The notes: generated by a model from the letters alone, not told the origin. 64,000 bases of DNA from Octopus bimaculoides (GCF_001194135.2 NC_068994.1:4616997-4680996); one strand, 5' to 3'; counted from the stretch's first letter, positions 1 through 12,363 are shown. Numbers and translations: made by a program.

Positions 1-314
1 CATCTCAGGTAACACCAACACAACTAACACCATTTTTGTTAAAAACCACCACCGCCACCACCACCACCACTGCCACCAACATCACCACCTCAGGTAACAA
101 CACCAACACAATAATATCCAACACTGACTTGCACTACCACAACCACCTCCACGCAGTAAAGAAAGAAAGCTGTCTCCAGAACCACTACCACCACCATCAC
201 TACCAAATATCTCACAACATTCACTGCTACCACCACCACCACCACCGCCACCCACCCACCCACAATTCCCCAACACACAACCATCATACAACAAGCTCCA
301 CTATCACCACCACC
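1..314 (+). repeat. (CAC/CAA)n low-complexity tract
   Basis: Directly visible; runs into a gap. Confidence 0.9.
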
Positions 315-918
315 NNNNNNNNNNNNNNNNNNNNNNNNNNNNNNNNNNNNNNNNNNNNNNNNNNNNNNNNNNNNNNNNNNNNNNNNNNNNNNNNNNNNNN
401 NNNNNNNNNNNNNNNNNNNNNNNNNNNNNNNNNNNNNNNNNNNNNNNNNNNNNNNNNNNNNNNNNNNNNNNNNNNNNNNNNNNNNNNNNNNNNNNNNNNN
501 NNNNNNNNNNNNNNNNNNNNNNNNNNNNNNNNNNNNNNNNNNNNNNNNNNNNNNNNNNNNNNNNNNNNNNNNNNNNNNNNNNNNNNNNNNNNNNNNNNNN
601 NNNNNNNNNNNNNNNNNNNNNNNNNNNNNNNNNNNNNNNNNNNNNNNNNNNNNNNNNNNNNNNNNNNNNNNNNNNNNNNNNNNNNNNNNNNNNNNNNNNN
701 NNNNNNNNNNNNNNNNNNNNNNNNNNNNNNNNNNNNNNNNNNNNNNNNNNNNNNNNNNNNNNNNNNNNNNNNNNNNNNNNNNNNNNNNNNNNNNNNNNNN
801 NNNNNNNNNNNNNNNNNNNNNNNNNNNNNNNNNNNNNNNNNNNNNNNNNNNNNNNNNNNNNNNNNNNNNNNNNNNNNNNNNNNNNNNNNNNNNNNNNNNN
901 NNNNNNNNNNNNNNNNNA

Positions 919-919
919 G

Positions 920-951
<32 letters not shown>

Positions 952-983
952 GTAGATAGATAGATAGATAGATAGATAGATTG

Positions 984-1034
<51 letters not shown>

Positions 1035-1190
1035 TAGACAGACAGGCAGATAGATAGATAGATAGATAGACATAGATAGATAGAGAGAGAGATAGATAGA
1101 CATAGATAGATAGAGAGAGAGAGAGGGATGGATAGACATAGATAGATAGATAGATAGATAGATAGGCAGATAGATAGATAGAGAGATAGG

Positions 1191-1228
<38 letters not shown>
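919..1228 (+). repeat. Compound (GA)n/(TAGA)n/(TA)n microsatellite
   Basis: Directly visible. Confidence 0.95.
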
Positions 1229-1229
<1 letters not shown>

Positions 1230-1340
1230 TAAAAAAAAAAAAGATTAGCCAAATATATAGACATATAGGTAGTGAAATAGATAAAAAGATAGTTAAATAG
1301 ACAGAAAGATAAAAAGTTAAATATGTAGGAAGAAAATGGA

Positions 1341-1537
1341 GAGGGAAAGAGTAAGAGGGAAAGAGTAAAAGGGAAAGAGTAAAAGGGAAAGAGTAAGAGG
1401 GAAAGAGTAAGAGGGGAAGAGTAAGAGGGAAAGAGTAAGAGGGGAAGAGTAAGAGGGGAAGAGTAAGNNNNNNNNNNAGTAAGAGGGAAAGAGTAAGAGG
1501 GGAAGAGTAAGAGGGAAAGAGTAAGAGGGGAAGAGAT
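1341..1537 (+). repeat. 14-bp minisatellite (g/a)aggg(a/g)aagagtaa
   Basis: Nine units at 1341-1466, continuing past a 10-N gap. Confidence 0.95.
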
Positions 1538-1626
1538 GGCCAGCCAAGCAGAGAAAGAAAGAATCATACAAAGACAAATCGACAGGCAACAAAGAAACTA
1601 CGCAAATATATAAAACATTATTAAGG

Positions 1627-1665
<39 letters not shown>

Positions 1666-2714
1666 TTGACAAAATATATCTATCATATAAGAAGATATAT
1701 ATATATATATATATATATATNNNNNNNNNNNNNNNNNNNNNNNNNNNNNNNNNNNNNNNNNNNNNNNNNNNNNNNNNNNNNNNNNNNNNNNNNNNNNNNN
1801 NNNNNNNNNNNNNNNNNNNNNNNNNNNNNNNNNNNNNNNNNNNNNNNNNNNNNNNNNNNNNNNNNNNNNNNNNNNNNNNNNNNNNNNNNNNNNNNNNNNN
1901 NNNNNNNNNNNNNNNNNNNNNNNNNNNNNNNNNNNNNNNNNNNNNNNNNNNNNNNNNNNNNNNNNNNNNNNNNNNNNNNNNNNNNNNNNNNNNNNNNNNN
2001 NNNNNNNNNNNNNNNNNNNNNNNNNNNNNNNNNNNNNNNNNNNNNNNNNNNNNNNNNNNNNNNNNNNNNNNNNNNNNNNNNNNNNNNNNNNNNNNNNNNN
2101 NNNNNNNNNNNNNNNNNNNNNNNNNNNNNNNNNNNNNNNNNNNNNNNNNNNNNNNNNNNNNNNNNNNNNNNNNNNNNNNNNNNNNNNNNNNNNNNNNNNN
2201 NNNNNNNNNNNNNNNNNNNNNNNNNNNNNNNNNNNNNNNNNNNNNNNNNNNNNNNNNNNNNNNNNNNNNNNNNNNNNNNNNNNNNNNNNNNNNNNNNNNN
2301 NNNNNNNNNNNNNNNNNNNNNNNNNNNNNNNNNNNNNNNNNNNNNNNNNNNNNNNNNNNNNNNNNNNGTGTGTGTGTGTGTGTGTGTGTATATGAATGAG
2401 TGAGTGTATATGTTCTTACATATATACTTTATATTCAAAACAAATTTACAGAGGGAGAAAAAAATGCGGATTTTCAATCTGAAAAATAATATTTTCCCTA
2501 TTGAAGGAATAAATTTCTTTAGAGGTGAAATAAAGATATTTTAATTTGGTTTATCTGGAATTGTTTGGTTCTTTTCTTTTTGTGTGTGTGTGTATGTGTG
2601 TGGAGTTGGAGTGTTCTGAAAGAAAGAGGCACCACACAGCTATATAGACATGGTATATATATGTTGCTTGTGTAGATATATTGTGTGAAAAATATCTGCA
2701 TTTTCACATTAATA

Positions 2715-2975
2715 TCATCGTCGTCATTTCACATCCTTTTTTTTTCCCCATGCTGGCATGGGTTGGAAGGTTTGTCAAGAACAGACGAGCCAGGGGGCTC
2801 TGCTAGATTCTATGTCTGATTTGCCATGGTTTCAACAGATATCACCATCATCGTTTAACGTCCGCTTTCCATGCTGTCATGGGTCGGACGGTTTTACAGG
2901 AGCTGACCAGGCAGAGGACTACACCAGACTTCTGTGTCTTTTTTGGCACAGTTTTTACGGTTGGATGCCCAACAA
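2715..2975 (-). mobile_element. Two adjacent RTE-a 3'-tail fragments
   Basis: Two occurrences of the ccatgctg(g/t)catgggt tail motif, one with catcatcgtttaacgtccgctttcc. Confidence 0.75.
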
Positions 2976-2995
2976 ACAAACACACACATGACAGG

Positions 2996-3123
2996 CTTTT
3001 TTCAGTTTCCATCTACAAGGCTTTGGTCGGCCTGGGGCTATAGAAGACACTTGCCCAAAGTGTGATGCATGGAACCATGTGGTTGGAAAGCAAACTTCTC
3101 ACCATGGAGCCATGACTGCACCT
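2996..3123 (-). mobile_element. SINE-A 5' half
   Basis: Reverse complement of the head and core (gaagacacttgccca...catgtggttggaaagcaa). Confidence 0.75.
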
Positions 3124-3277
3124 ACATGACTCTCTCTCATTCATTTTACATGTTTTTCTTTTCCACACCAACATGGGTTAGATGAATACTCGTTGTTTTA
3201 GTATTTTATAGCTGAATGCCCTTCCTATTATTGCTAAATATCAAAAATCCCTGTTTGCACTTTTGAAATCTGGTTAC

Positions 3278-3474
3278 TTAACCATTTTGATACCAATGTC
3301 TTGTTTTCATAAGTTTTGAATTAAAATCTTCCACCAAACCTTAGTCACAATTTATGTTCCTAACACTAGCTGAATGATAACAAAGTTATTTTACTAAATT
3401 CTTTGTTATATTCAAAATCAATTGAAAGAAAAACAGAGCATCTCAACAGAAAATATGGTAACCAAAGGGTTCAA
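3278..3474. mobile_element. MITE-G, piggyBac-like
   Basis: TTAA-ccattttgatacca ... tggtaaccaaaggg-ttca are imperfect TIRs. The interior is homologous to 3838-3998 in reverse. Confidence 0.6.
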
Positions 3475-3621
3475 CAATTCCACTGTATCTGTTGTAACTC
3501 AGTGACAAGTTTTCATAAACCCTGCTGTCATTGAGACAACATGTTCAGACCTGATTTCTTCCTATTGAACTTTGTACCTGTGAATCTGCTGTATTGTTGG
3601 TATTTTAGCTTTAGACACGTC

Positions 3622-3998
3622 TTAACCCTTTTTGTTAACATATTTAGATCACTTTAACCCTTTTGTTACCATAGTCGGTGAGCTGGCAGAAACGTCAGCA
3701 CGCCGGGCGAAATGCTTAGCGGTATTTCGTCTGTCTTTTCATTCTGAGTTCAAATTCCGCCGAGGTCAACTTCAATGCTATTAAACTGGTTTTTGGAACA
3801 GAAATCAACATGGAGATAGGTTTTAATTTGGATCATTTTAACCCTTTTGTTAGCATAATTCTATTAAAATATATTGCCTGCATTTCAATTACTTTGAATA
3901 TAACGAGCAAATTAGTAAGATAACTTTATTGTTGTTAAGCTGGTGACTGGAACATCACTGAACATAGAATTTAAATAGAAGGCTTTAATTTAAATCAC
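3622..3998 (+). mobile_element. Tandem MITE-G left portions
   Basis: Three ttaaccctttt(t)gtta(a/c/g)cata starts at 3622, 3654 and 3838. Confidence 0.65.
3675..3773 (+). mobile_element. SINE-C 5' part inserted in MITE-G
   Basis: gagctggcagaaacgtcagcacgccgggcgaaatgcttagcgg...gagttcaaattccgccgaggtcaac. Confidence 0.8.
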
Positions 3999-4009
3999 CA
4001 CCACCACTT

Positions 4010-4197
4010 GATAACTGGTGTTGTGTGGTTACATCCCTATAACTTAGCAGTCCAGCAATAGAGACCAATAGAATAAGTTCCAGGCTTAAATAAAAAAAAG
4101 TACTGGGATCTTCACATTCAACTGAAAATTCTTCAGTGTAGTGCTCCAGTATGGCCACAGTTTAAGGACTGAAACAAGTGAAAGCTAAAAGGCAAAG
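4010..4197 (+). mobile_element. SINE-A 3' half
   Basis: taacttagcag...gagaccaatagaataag...gtgctccagtatggccacag...gactgaaacaag. Confidence 0.75.
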
Positions 4198-4269
4198 ACG
4201 CATTCCACCCAAGCAGGCAGGGAAAATGGCTGTTAAATGATAATGATGATGATGATGATGATGACAAAG

Positions 4270-4340
<71 letters not shown>

Positions 4341-4522
4341 CAACAAAGCCATCATTAATGACATTTAAATCAATTCGTTTGTCATTCGTTAAGTACATCT
4401 GGCTAATATATTTCAATAATTACTGCATGGACGGTGTAGCAGCTGCCATAATAACTTTAGACAAGGAGTTTTTCTAAGCTGAAACTTCCAACTTCCTTTG
4501 GCTACTTTCAATCTGTCCATTG

Positions 4523-4733
4523 CTTTTATCTTTTACTCGCTGCAACCATTGGACTGTGGCCATGCTGGGGCACTGTCTTGAAGGGTTTCTGGTCAAAGAA
4601 ATCAACCCCAGGACTTATTCTTTAAGCCTGATAATCATTCTATCTGTTTCATTTGCTAAGCCACTAAGTTAAAGGGATATAAACAAACCAACACTGGATG
4701 TCAAGCAGGAGTGGGGGACAGACACAAAGACAC
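4523..4733 (-). mobile_element. SINE-A 3' half
   Basis: Reverse complement of the 3' half (gactgtggccatgctggggcac...ggacttattc...cactaagtta). Confidence 0.7.
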
Positions 4734-4744
4734 TTGACTTCTAC

Positions 4745-5048
4745 ACACTTTACATCTCTCAAAGATTAAAGCAGAGATGATTTTTAAAATGAGAATATCT
4801 GAAAATAAACAATACTAAACACGAACCCAGCCACTCTCAAAAATTAAGTAAAAAAACTAGAAAAATAATCCAGAATCCTTGTCTGGTACTGGATCGATCC
4901 CAAAATCTGATCAGTTTGTGCCAGTCACGAGGTTAAACATCCCTAAAAGTTTCATTCGAGTCCATCCGGTGGTTCTTGAGATATCTTGTCCATGGAGAAA
5001 CAAGTACAACTGAAAACAATCCCTGCACTTTTGCTAAAGGAGAGGTAA
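4745..5048 (+). mobile_element. Possible Helentron-associated (HINE-like) non-autonomous element
   Basis: aaagtttcattcgagtccatccggtggttcttgagatatc resembles the motif of such elements, and the end is a degenerate hairpin (ccctgcac...ggagaggtaa). Single copy in the window; assignment from recall. Confidence 0.3.
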
Positions 5049-5405
5049 CAATCACATTACCAAAATCTCAAAGTGACAAGACAATGCTTGATTAGTTTGA
5101 ATTAATAAGTATTTCATTTGAACAACGCCTTAGCTAGGAGTGGTTTCTGGTGAGAATACAGAGTATTTTAAGAACACTCCTTTGAAACATTAAGCAGAGT
5201 ACAAAAAAAAAGTGTGTAGTTAGAATCAGTCGAAGAACATTGCGTTTAGTGTCAGTGAATGTGCTTACAAAATAAATACCTCCAATGACTCATCCACGTG
5301 AGCCACAGGCATCATCAACAGCATCAACAGCATCTGATGTGCACCTTTCCATACTTGCATGGCCATGGGAAATATCACCTTGCAAGTAACAAACTCACTT
5401 GTATA

Positions 5406-5438
<33 letters not shown>

Positions 5439-5539
5439 CACATTTACAACCATCACATGTCAAACAAGAGTGCAAACATACACACATATACATATATATA
5501 CATATATATATATATATACACATACGTGTATATGTCAGG

Positions 5540-5695
5540 GTTCTTTTAGCTTCTGACTATCAAAACACTCGCAAATCTTTGGTTGGCCTGAGGTTTTAGT
5601 AGAAGAGACTTGCCCAAGCTGTCGCACAGTGGGACTGAACACAACACCATATGGTTGGGAAGCATGCTGCTTAACCCTGCAACCATGCCTGTGGC
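5540..5695 (-). mobile_element. SINE-A 5' half
   Basis: gaagagacttgcccaag...agtgggactgaac...ggttgggaagc. Confidence 0.7.
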
Positions 5696-6903
5696 CTAAA
5701 AGATAATTCTGTCCTTAAAACGAATAAACTCACTGGCTTTGAAGATTCTCTTTTGTTTGACAATCATGTGGTTCTGCTACATTGACAAAAGGAATAAGGT
5801 TTAAACTGAATATTCCAATGTATATAGAATATCAGCTGCCTCAGAAATTAATATTGTCTCCAGTAACAGAGGTACAGGTATATGGATCCATGATAAACAA
5901 ACTAATAATCAATCATTAGAAGAATATTATAGACATGATGAAAACATCAATGAGCTACAGATTTCTAGGGGCAGTCTAACTTAGGAAGAATAGATCTATT
6001 CCTTGGGTTGGTAATTTTGAAGTAGATAAAAAAAACTATTAGAAGGAATATAATCTGGCATAATCCACCCAAGAGAAAAATTGCATTCTGAAGGTTTTCT
6101 TTGAAATATGTAGTAGGATTTGCCACTGGGGCATAGGTACTAGTAATTATTTAGCAAAAACACTGTCAAACTTTCATATTCCACAACTCCAAACTAAGTA
6201 GCTGTTACAGCAGTCACAAATAGAGCGAAATTAAATAGGTAAGATGTTAGTACATAATGTAAGTCCTGTAGCTGACATGGGGCTTACTTGGGTGATTTTT
6301 ATAATTTATTATTATTTATGAATATTTATTCATCATCGTCATCATCATCACAGAGCCACAGATGTGCTGGTAATACTAGGAATAGAAAAATTGATGGTCC
6401 CAGTATCAATCAAACAACAATAATAGATTCAAATTTTCTATCTCATTAGCAGAATACATTTTTAACTTAAAATCAAAAAAGGGGGAAACATTCAAACTGC
6501 ATTGGTCTATTGTTAATTCAGCCTTTCCTTGCCAGGGAAAAGGTCATGAGTGTTGGTCATGTCTACATGAAACTCTTGCAATCCTTGCGACTGATACCAC
6601 AAACTAACAAACGTAACGAACTGCTTATAAAGTGCAGACACCAATTAAAGTAGTTATTCTCAAACTACTTTGCACAGAGTCGATGTTTATTCCTTTCACC
6701 AACCATAGATTAAAAACATGTTCTTATACGTTTTCGATCTGACTATATTTTATATTCAGGAATACTTAGAAGCGTCCAATATTTAATTTAATATATTTTT
6801 CCATTTATCTGTCTGTAGTTTTCCTCGTGTAATATTTAGCATGTGAGTCATGCCTACTAAGCTGCTGTCAAATATAAACAGAAATATATAAATTTATAAT
6901 ATA

Positions 6904-6970
<67 letters not shown>

Positions 6971-7676
6971 NNNNNNNNNNNNNNNNNNNNNNNNNNNNNN
7001 NNNNNNNNNNNNNNNNNNNNNNNNNNNNNNNNNNNNNNNNNNNNNNNNNNNNNNNTATATAGCTTCCTATCTGTTTATTTATATTTATTGAGCTTATAAT
7101 TCTAGCATTCAATTCATGTCACAGTAAAATTCGTCGCCTGCAACATCTACCGACCCTTTCTACCTCTTTGAAAAAAAAAAAAGGTTTTCAATAAAAAAAA
7201 ATTTTTTAAAAAAGAATTTTCATGATTTTGCAATATATCGAAATATTTCTAAATTTAACCTTGATTATATATATTTAATCCTCATTTTGATTTTCATTCT
7301 AACTATTCACATACGTATTAACTTATCTTGATTACAGTCACTGCTTATATTCCGTTTTGCTATTATTCATCTTCCATTGTCCCATACTTTTTAATATATA
7401 ATTAACATCATGTTTTGTATGTATTTATCTGTCGGTATATATTGGATTTTATCATTTATAATCTTCATCATTGCTGTTGTTGTTGCTTGCATCATCACAT
7501 CACTATTATTAGTATTATTGTTATTATTGTTATTATACAGGCGCAAGAGTGGCTGCGTGGTAAGTTGCTTGCTTCTCAACCACGTGTCTTTTACGATAGC
7601 CTCAGGTCGACCGGGTTGGTCTGGTATAGCAGTACTTCCAGGATTCAGCCCATCTCCCACCCGGGGGATAAAATAA

Positions 7677-7705
<29 letters not shown>

Positions 7706-7710
<5 letters not shown>

Positions 7711-8145
7711 CTCAAGCTGGCAGAATCGGCATCATGCTTAGCGGTATTTCGCCAGTTCCTGCATTCTGAGTTCAAATTCTGCTAGGATCGACTTTGCCTT
7801 CCATCCTTTCGGGGTCGATAAATTAAGTACCAGTGAAATACTGGGGTCGATATAATTGACTAGTCCCCTCCCCTTAAATTTCAGGCCTTGTGCTTTTAGT
7901 AGAAAGGATTATTATTATTATTATTATTTATTTATTTATTGGTTTAAGGTGGAGAGCTGGCAGAATCACTACCACCCTGAGCAAAATGCTTCTGAGTTCA
8001 AATTCTGCCGAGGTTGACCTTTGTCTTTCATCCTTTCAGGGTCACTAAAATAAATACCAGTTGAGTACTGGGGTTAATGTAATCAACTAGACCATCATCC
8101 CCACCCTCAAAATCTCAAGCCTTCTGCCTATAATAAAATGGATTA
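7706..8145 (+). mobile_element. Two head-to-tail SINE-C copies (tRNA head, Meta/MESC-like central domain)
   Basis: gagctggcagaatc...ctgagttcaaatt (B-box-like), then gactttgccttccatcctttcggggtcgataaattaagtacca, with (tta)n tails. The domain name is from recall of published SINE superfamilies and is unverified. Confidence 0.8.
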
Positions 8146-8405
8146 TTGGTCTATTGGTTAAGCATTTAAGCAATTAATTGATTGATTGATTAAGCATTCA
8201 ATTAATCAATCAGTCAGCTGTTTGCCAAAGTCCTTTTGTTGCCATTCACCACCTCATTAATGAGTAGCCCTCTTACATTCTAAAGGTAAACCTGATGCTC
8301 CCACTACAGACCCGTAATGCCTTTTTTTTTTTAAGTGGTATCAAGGAGAACTGCAGTTAAGGAGGTGATGGGTGGTGATGAGTGTCTTGATGAAGAAGGA
8401 AATTG

Positions 8406-8453
<48 letters not shown>

Positions 8454-8476
8454 CACACACGTATATATACACTGAC

Positions 8477-8752
8477 ATCAACTATTCTGCTTATATGTCT
8501 GTACACACCTTTGAATGCAGTGTATGCCAGAAGATTTGCAAATCCAACAGAGGCCTCAAAAGACATTTTAAGATCCACAAAGAGCAGAACTTATCTGCAG
8601 CTTTTGGTGGTCCAAATCAAATATGCAGTCTATGTGGGTGTCTTTCCAGAACATTGTCTGGTTTAAAAAGCCACATCAGACGCCATGAAAGGGCTAAGGT
8701 GTGGGTACAGGAGATGGTCAAACTCTGTATAAGGAGTAGACGACCACCATAC
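8477..8752 (+). mobile_element. 3' end of a zinc-finger-tailed LINE-like repeat (two C2H2-spaced fingers)
   Basis: FECSVCQKICKSNRGLKRHFKIH and CSLCGCLSRTLSGLKSHIRRH. A clearly homologous copy lies at 16003-16283. The GLxSH-type fingers resemble C-terminal fingers of RTE-group ORFs. Confidence 0.6.
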
Positions 8753-9020
8753 ACAGACACAACTCTACCAAGACTCAGTTTCACCAAGGCACGTGAGTTT
8801 TCTCAAAAATGCAAAATAACCAGTTGACCTGGTTCTTTGTCATCACCTCCATAAGACTTGGCATCCTGAGATCAGCCTTCACCACTACATCCCATGTCTC
8901 CCTGGGGTGTCAACTCTTCTGTAAGCTCCACCCACATTTAGTAACCAGCACTTCTTTAAACATCTGTCCTCATCCAAACACATCACAGTCTTCTTTCTTG
9001 CCCACTACATCCGATTCCTC

Positions 9021-9276
9021 TCATCATCATCATCATTTAACGTCCCCTTTCCATGCTGGCATGGGTTGGACAGTTTGACTGAAAACTGGTAAGCTGCACC
9101 AGGTTCCAATCTGATCTGGCAAGGTTTCTACAGCTGGATGCCCTCCCTAATGCCAACCACTCCCAAAGTGCAGTGGGTGCTTTTTACATGCCACCAACAC
9201 AGGGGCCAGTTATGAAACACCAGCATTGGCCACAACTACGATCTCGCTTGGCTTGACAGGTTTTCTTAAGTATGGC
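9021..9276 (-). mobile_element. RTE-a 3' UTR/tail fragment
   Basis: (cat)n-ttaacgtccc...ctacagctggatgccctccctaatgccaaccactcc, as in 34768-34920. Confidence 0.85.
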
Positions 9277-9624
9277 GGCCCAAAGTTCAAAGGGTGCTGA
9301 TGCCAACCACCTTACAAAGTGTACTGCATGCTTTTTATGTGGCACCAGCAGCAGTGGGGTCACCAGGGACAGTGTCAGATGAGAGACCCTTTCCTCGACT
9401 GAGTAGTACTGAGGCAGATGGCTTTGTGCCAGGAGATGAAAAAAGTTATAGTATGAGAGGGGGAGGAGAGAAACAGGTTGCAGTTGAGGATGGATACGAG
9501 TACCTCAGTTGGACGAAGGGAGAGCAAAGGGGAAAGGAGAACAAAGGGGAAAGGAGAGAAGCAGGTGAAGAAGGTGTCAGCGTGACCCACAAGTTATATT
9601 TCTGCTGCTTTTAAATAAACTCTG

Positions 9625-9659
<35 letters not shown>

Positions 9660-9963
9660 GTGTATGTATGTATGTATGTGTAAACCTGGACACATTTTTT
9701 TTCTTTCTCTGTTTCTCTCAAAGACATAAACTCAGAATGTCAAAGACTTCTCCATTTTTCATGAGCGTCAAACGAATACACTTTGTTTGTTGTTCCCTCA
9801 CCTGTCTTTGTCTTTTGTTTTCCGTACATTTAAATCATACACACACACACACATATGTACACGCATATATACATATATATATATATATAATTGTTAAAGA
9901 GGACAACAAACATTAAGGCAAGATAAACATCTCAAGTCATACACATTATTATTATTAATGGGA

Positions 9964-11557
9964 ATCATCATCATCATCATCATCGTTTAACGTCCGCTTT
10001 CCATGCTAGCATGGGTTGGACGATTTGACTGAGGACTGGTGAACCAGAAGGCTGCACCAGGCTCCAATCTGATTTGGCAGAATTTCTACAGCTGGATGCC
10101 CTTCCTAATGCCAACCACTCCGAGAGTGTAGTGGGTTCTTTTACATGCCACTGGCACGAAGGCCAGCCAGGCGGTACTGGCAATGGCCACGCTCAAAATG
10201 GTGTATTTTACATGCCACCCGCACAAGAGCCAGTCCAGGAGCACTGGCAACGATCTCGCTCGAAAGTCCTTACACATGCCACGGGCACAAGTGCTAGAAA
10301 GGCGACGCTGGGCACAGGTNNNNNNNNNNNNNNNNNNNNNNNNNNNNNNNNNNNNNNNNNNNNNNNNNNNNNNNNNNNNNNNNNNNNNNNNNNNNNNNNN
10401 NNNNNNNNNNNNNNNNNNNNNNNNNNNNNNNNNNNNNNNNNNNNNNNNNNNNNNNNNNNNNNNNNNNNNNNNNNNNNNNNNNNNNNNNNNNNNNNNNNNN
10501 NNNNNNNNNNNNNNNNNNNNNNNNNNNNNNNNNNNNNNNNNNNNNNNNNNNNNNNNNNNNNNNNNNNNNNNNNNNNNNNNNNNNNNNNNNNNNNNNNNNN
10601 NNNNNNNNNNNNNNNNNNNNNNNNNNNNNNNNNNNNNNNNNNNNNNNNNNNNNNNNNNNNNNNNNNNNNNNNNNNNNNNNNNNNNNNNNNNNNNNNNNNN
10701 NNNNNNNNNNNNNNNNNNNNNNNNNNNNNNNNNNNNNNNNNNNNNNNNNNNNNNNNNNNNNNNNNNNNNNNNNNNNNNNNNNNNNNNNNNNNNNNNNNNN
10801 NNNNNNNNNNNNNNNNACCAGCAGAGGTAAGAGCTCTCTGAACTTTGCCCAGGCTATTCTTATTCTAGCAGCTACACTTTCAGCGCACCCTCCCCCACTA
10901 CTAACTTGGTCACCTAGATAGCGGAAGCTATCAACTACATCTAGTTTTTCTCCCTGGAATGTGGCAGAAGTTGTTTTCTACACATTTACAGTGTTTATAG
11001 CTCCTGAACATCTGCTACATACAAAAACTAACTTCCTAGTTAACCTTCCTTTGATATTGCTGCACCTCTTATGTGTCCATAGCTTGCACTGGGTGCATCT
11101 TATAGAGTTTCTACCTACGCCTTTTCTACCTTCCTACTTATTAGGACTTTGGTCTTAGGTAGGTTGATTCTAAGGCACTTTGATTATAGTCTTTGCTTCC
11201 ACACCTGAAACTTCTCCTCTAGTTCTGATAGTGACACAGAAATTAGTGCAAGGTCATCAGCATGGAGGGGCTCCCAGGGGCATTCTGTCTTGAATTCCTC
11301 TGTTATAGCCTGGAGGACTATGATAAATAGGAGGGCACTGAGGACAGAACCTTGGTGTACCCCTACCTCTACCCGGAATTCTTCACTGTACTCATTGCCA
11401 ACCCTCACCTTACTGACAGTGTCTCTGTACATGGCTTGCACAGNNNNNNNNNNTGCCAACCCTCACCTTACTGACAGTGTCTCTGTACATGGCTTGCACA
11501 GCTCTCACTAACCATTCTTCAATCCCTAGTTTCCTCATTGACCATCAGATAATGGTG
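9964..11557 (-). mobile_element. 5'-truncated RTE-clade LINE (family RTE-a) spanning the 10320-10817 gap
   Basis: Minus strand encodes RT motifs (GVHQGSVLSALLF, LHADDL, SFRYLGDQ, AWAKFRELLPLL). Left of the gap lie the same 3' UTR and (TGA)n tail seen joined to the ORF end at 34768-35312. Confidence 0.88.
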
Positions 11558-12279
11558 TTTACATACCGAAGGGCTTGGTAAAAATTATTAATTATTAATT
11601 TATTAATAAATTGATAATCCTTTACCCTTTTATTTGTATATATATATATACATATATATATACACATCTATACATACACATGTATGTATATATATATATA
11701 TATATACATACATATATATACACATATATATATATACACATATATATACATATACATACATGTATGCATATATGTATACACATGCATATACATATACATA
11801 TATACGCATGTATTTATACACATACACACACATACATATGTATTTATACACAAATACACACATATACATATGTATATATACATACATGCATAAACACACA
11901 CACACACATATATATATANNNNNNNNNNNNNNNNNNNNNNNNNNNNNNNNNNNNNNNNNNNNNNNNNNNNNNNNNNNNNNNNNNNNNNNNNNNNNNNNNN
12001 NNNNNNNNNNNNNNNNNNNNNNNNNNNNNNNNNNNNNNNNNNNNNNNNNNNNNNNNNNNNNNNNNNNNNNNNNNNNNNNNNNNNNNNNNNNNNNNNNNNN
12101 NNNNNNNNNNNNNNNNNNNNNNNNNNNNNNNNNNNNNNNNNNNNNNNNNNNNNNNNNNNNNNNNNNNNNNNNNNNNNNNNNNNNNNNNNNNNNNNNNNNN
12201 NNNNNNNNNNNNNNNNNNNNNNNNNNNNNNNNNNNNNNNNNNNNNNNNNNNNNNNNNNNNNNNNNNNNNNNNNNNNNNN

Positions 12280-12315
<36 letters not shown>

Positions 12316-12363
12316 CATCATTATCATCTTCATAAAGGCATTCATAAATAGATGTACATTTAA

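Noticed and set aside
36-2477. Long ORFs of 240-430 aa at the window start (and similar ones at 10074, 11611-12394, 42568-43378, 53070-53787)
   Set aside because: They stay open only because of N runs and simple repeats (YIYI, HTHT, SLSL translations).
11396-11501. 48-bp direct duplication in the RT fragment
   Set aside because: The copies flank a 10-N gap (11444-11453), typical of an unmerged contig overlap.
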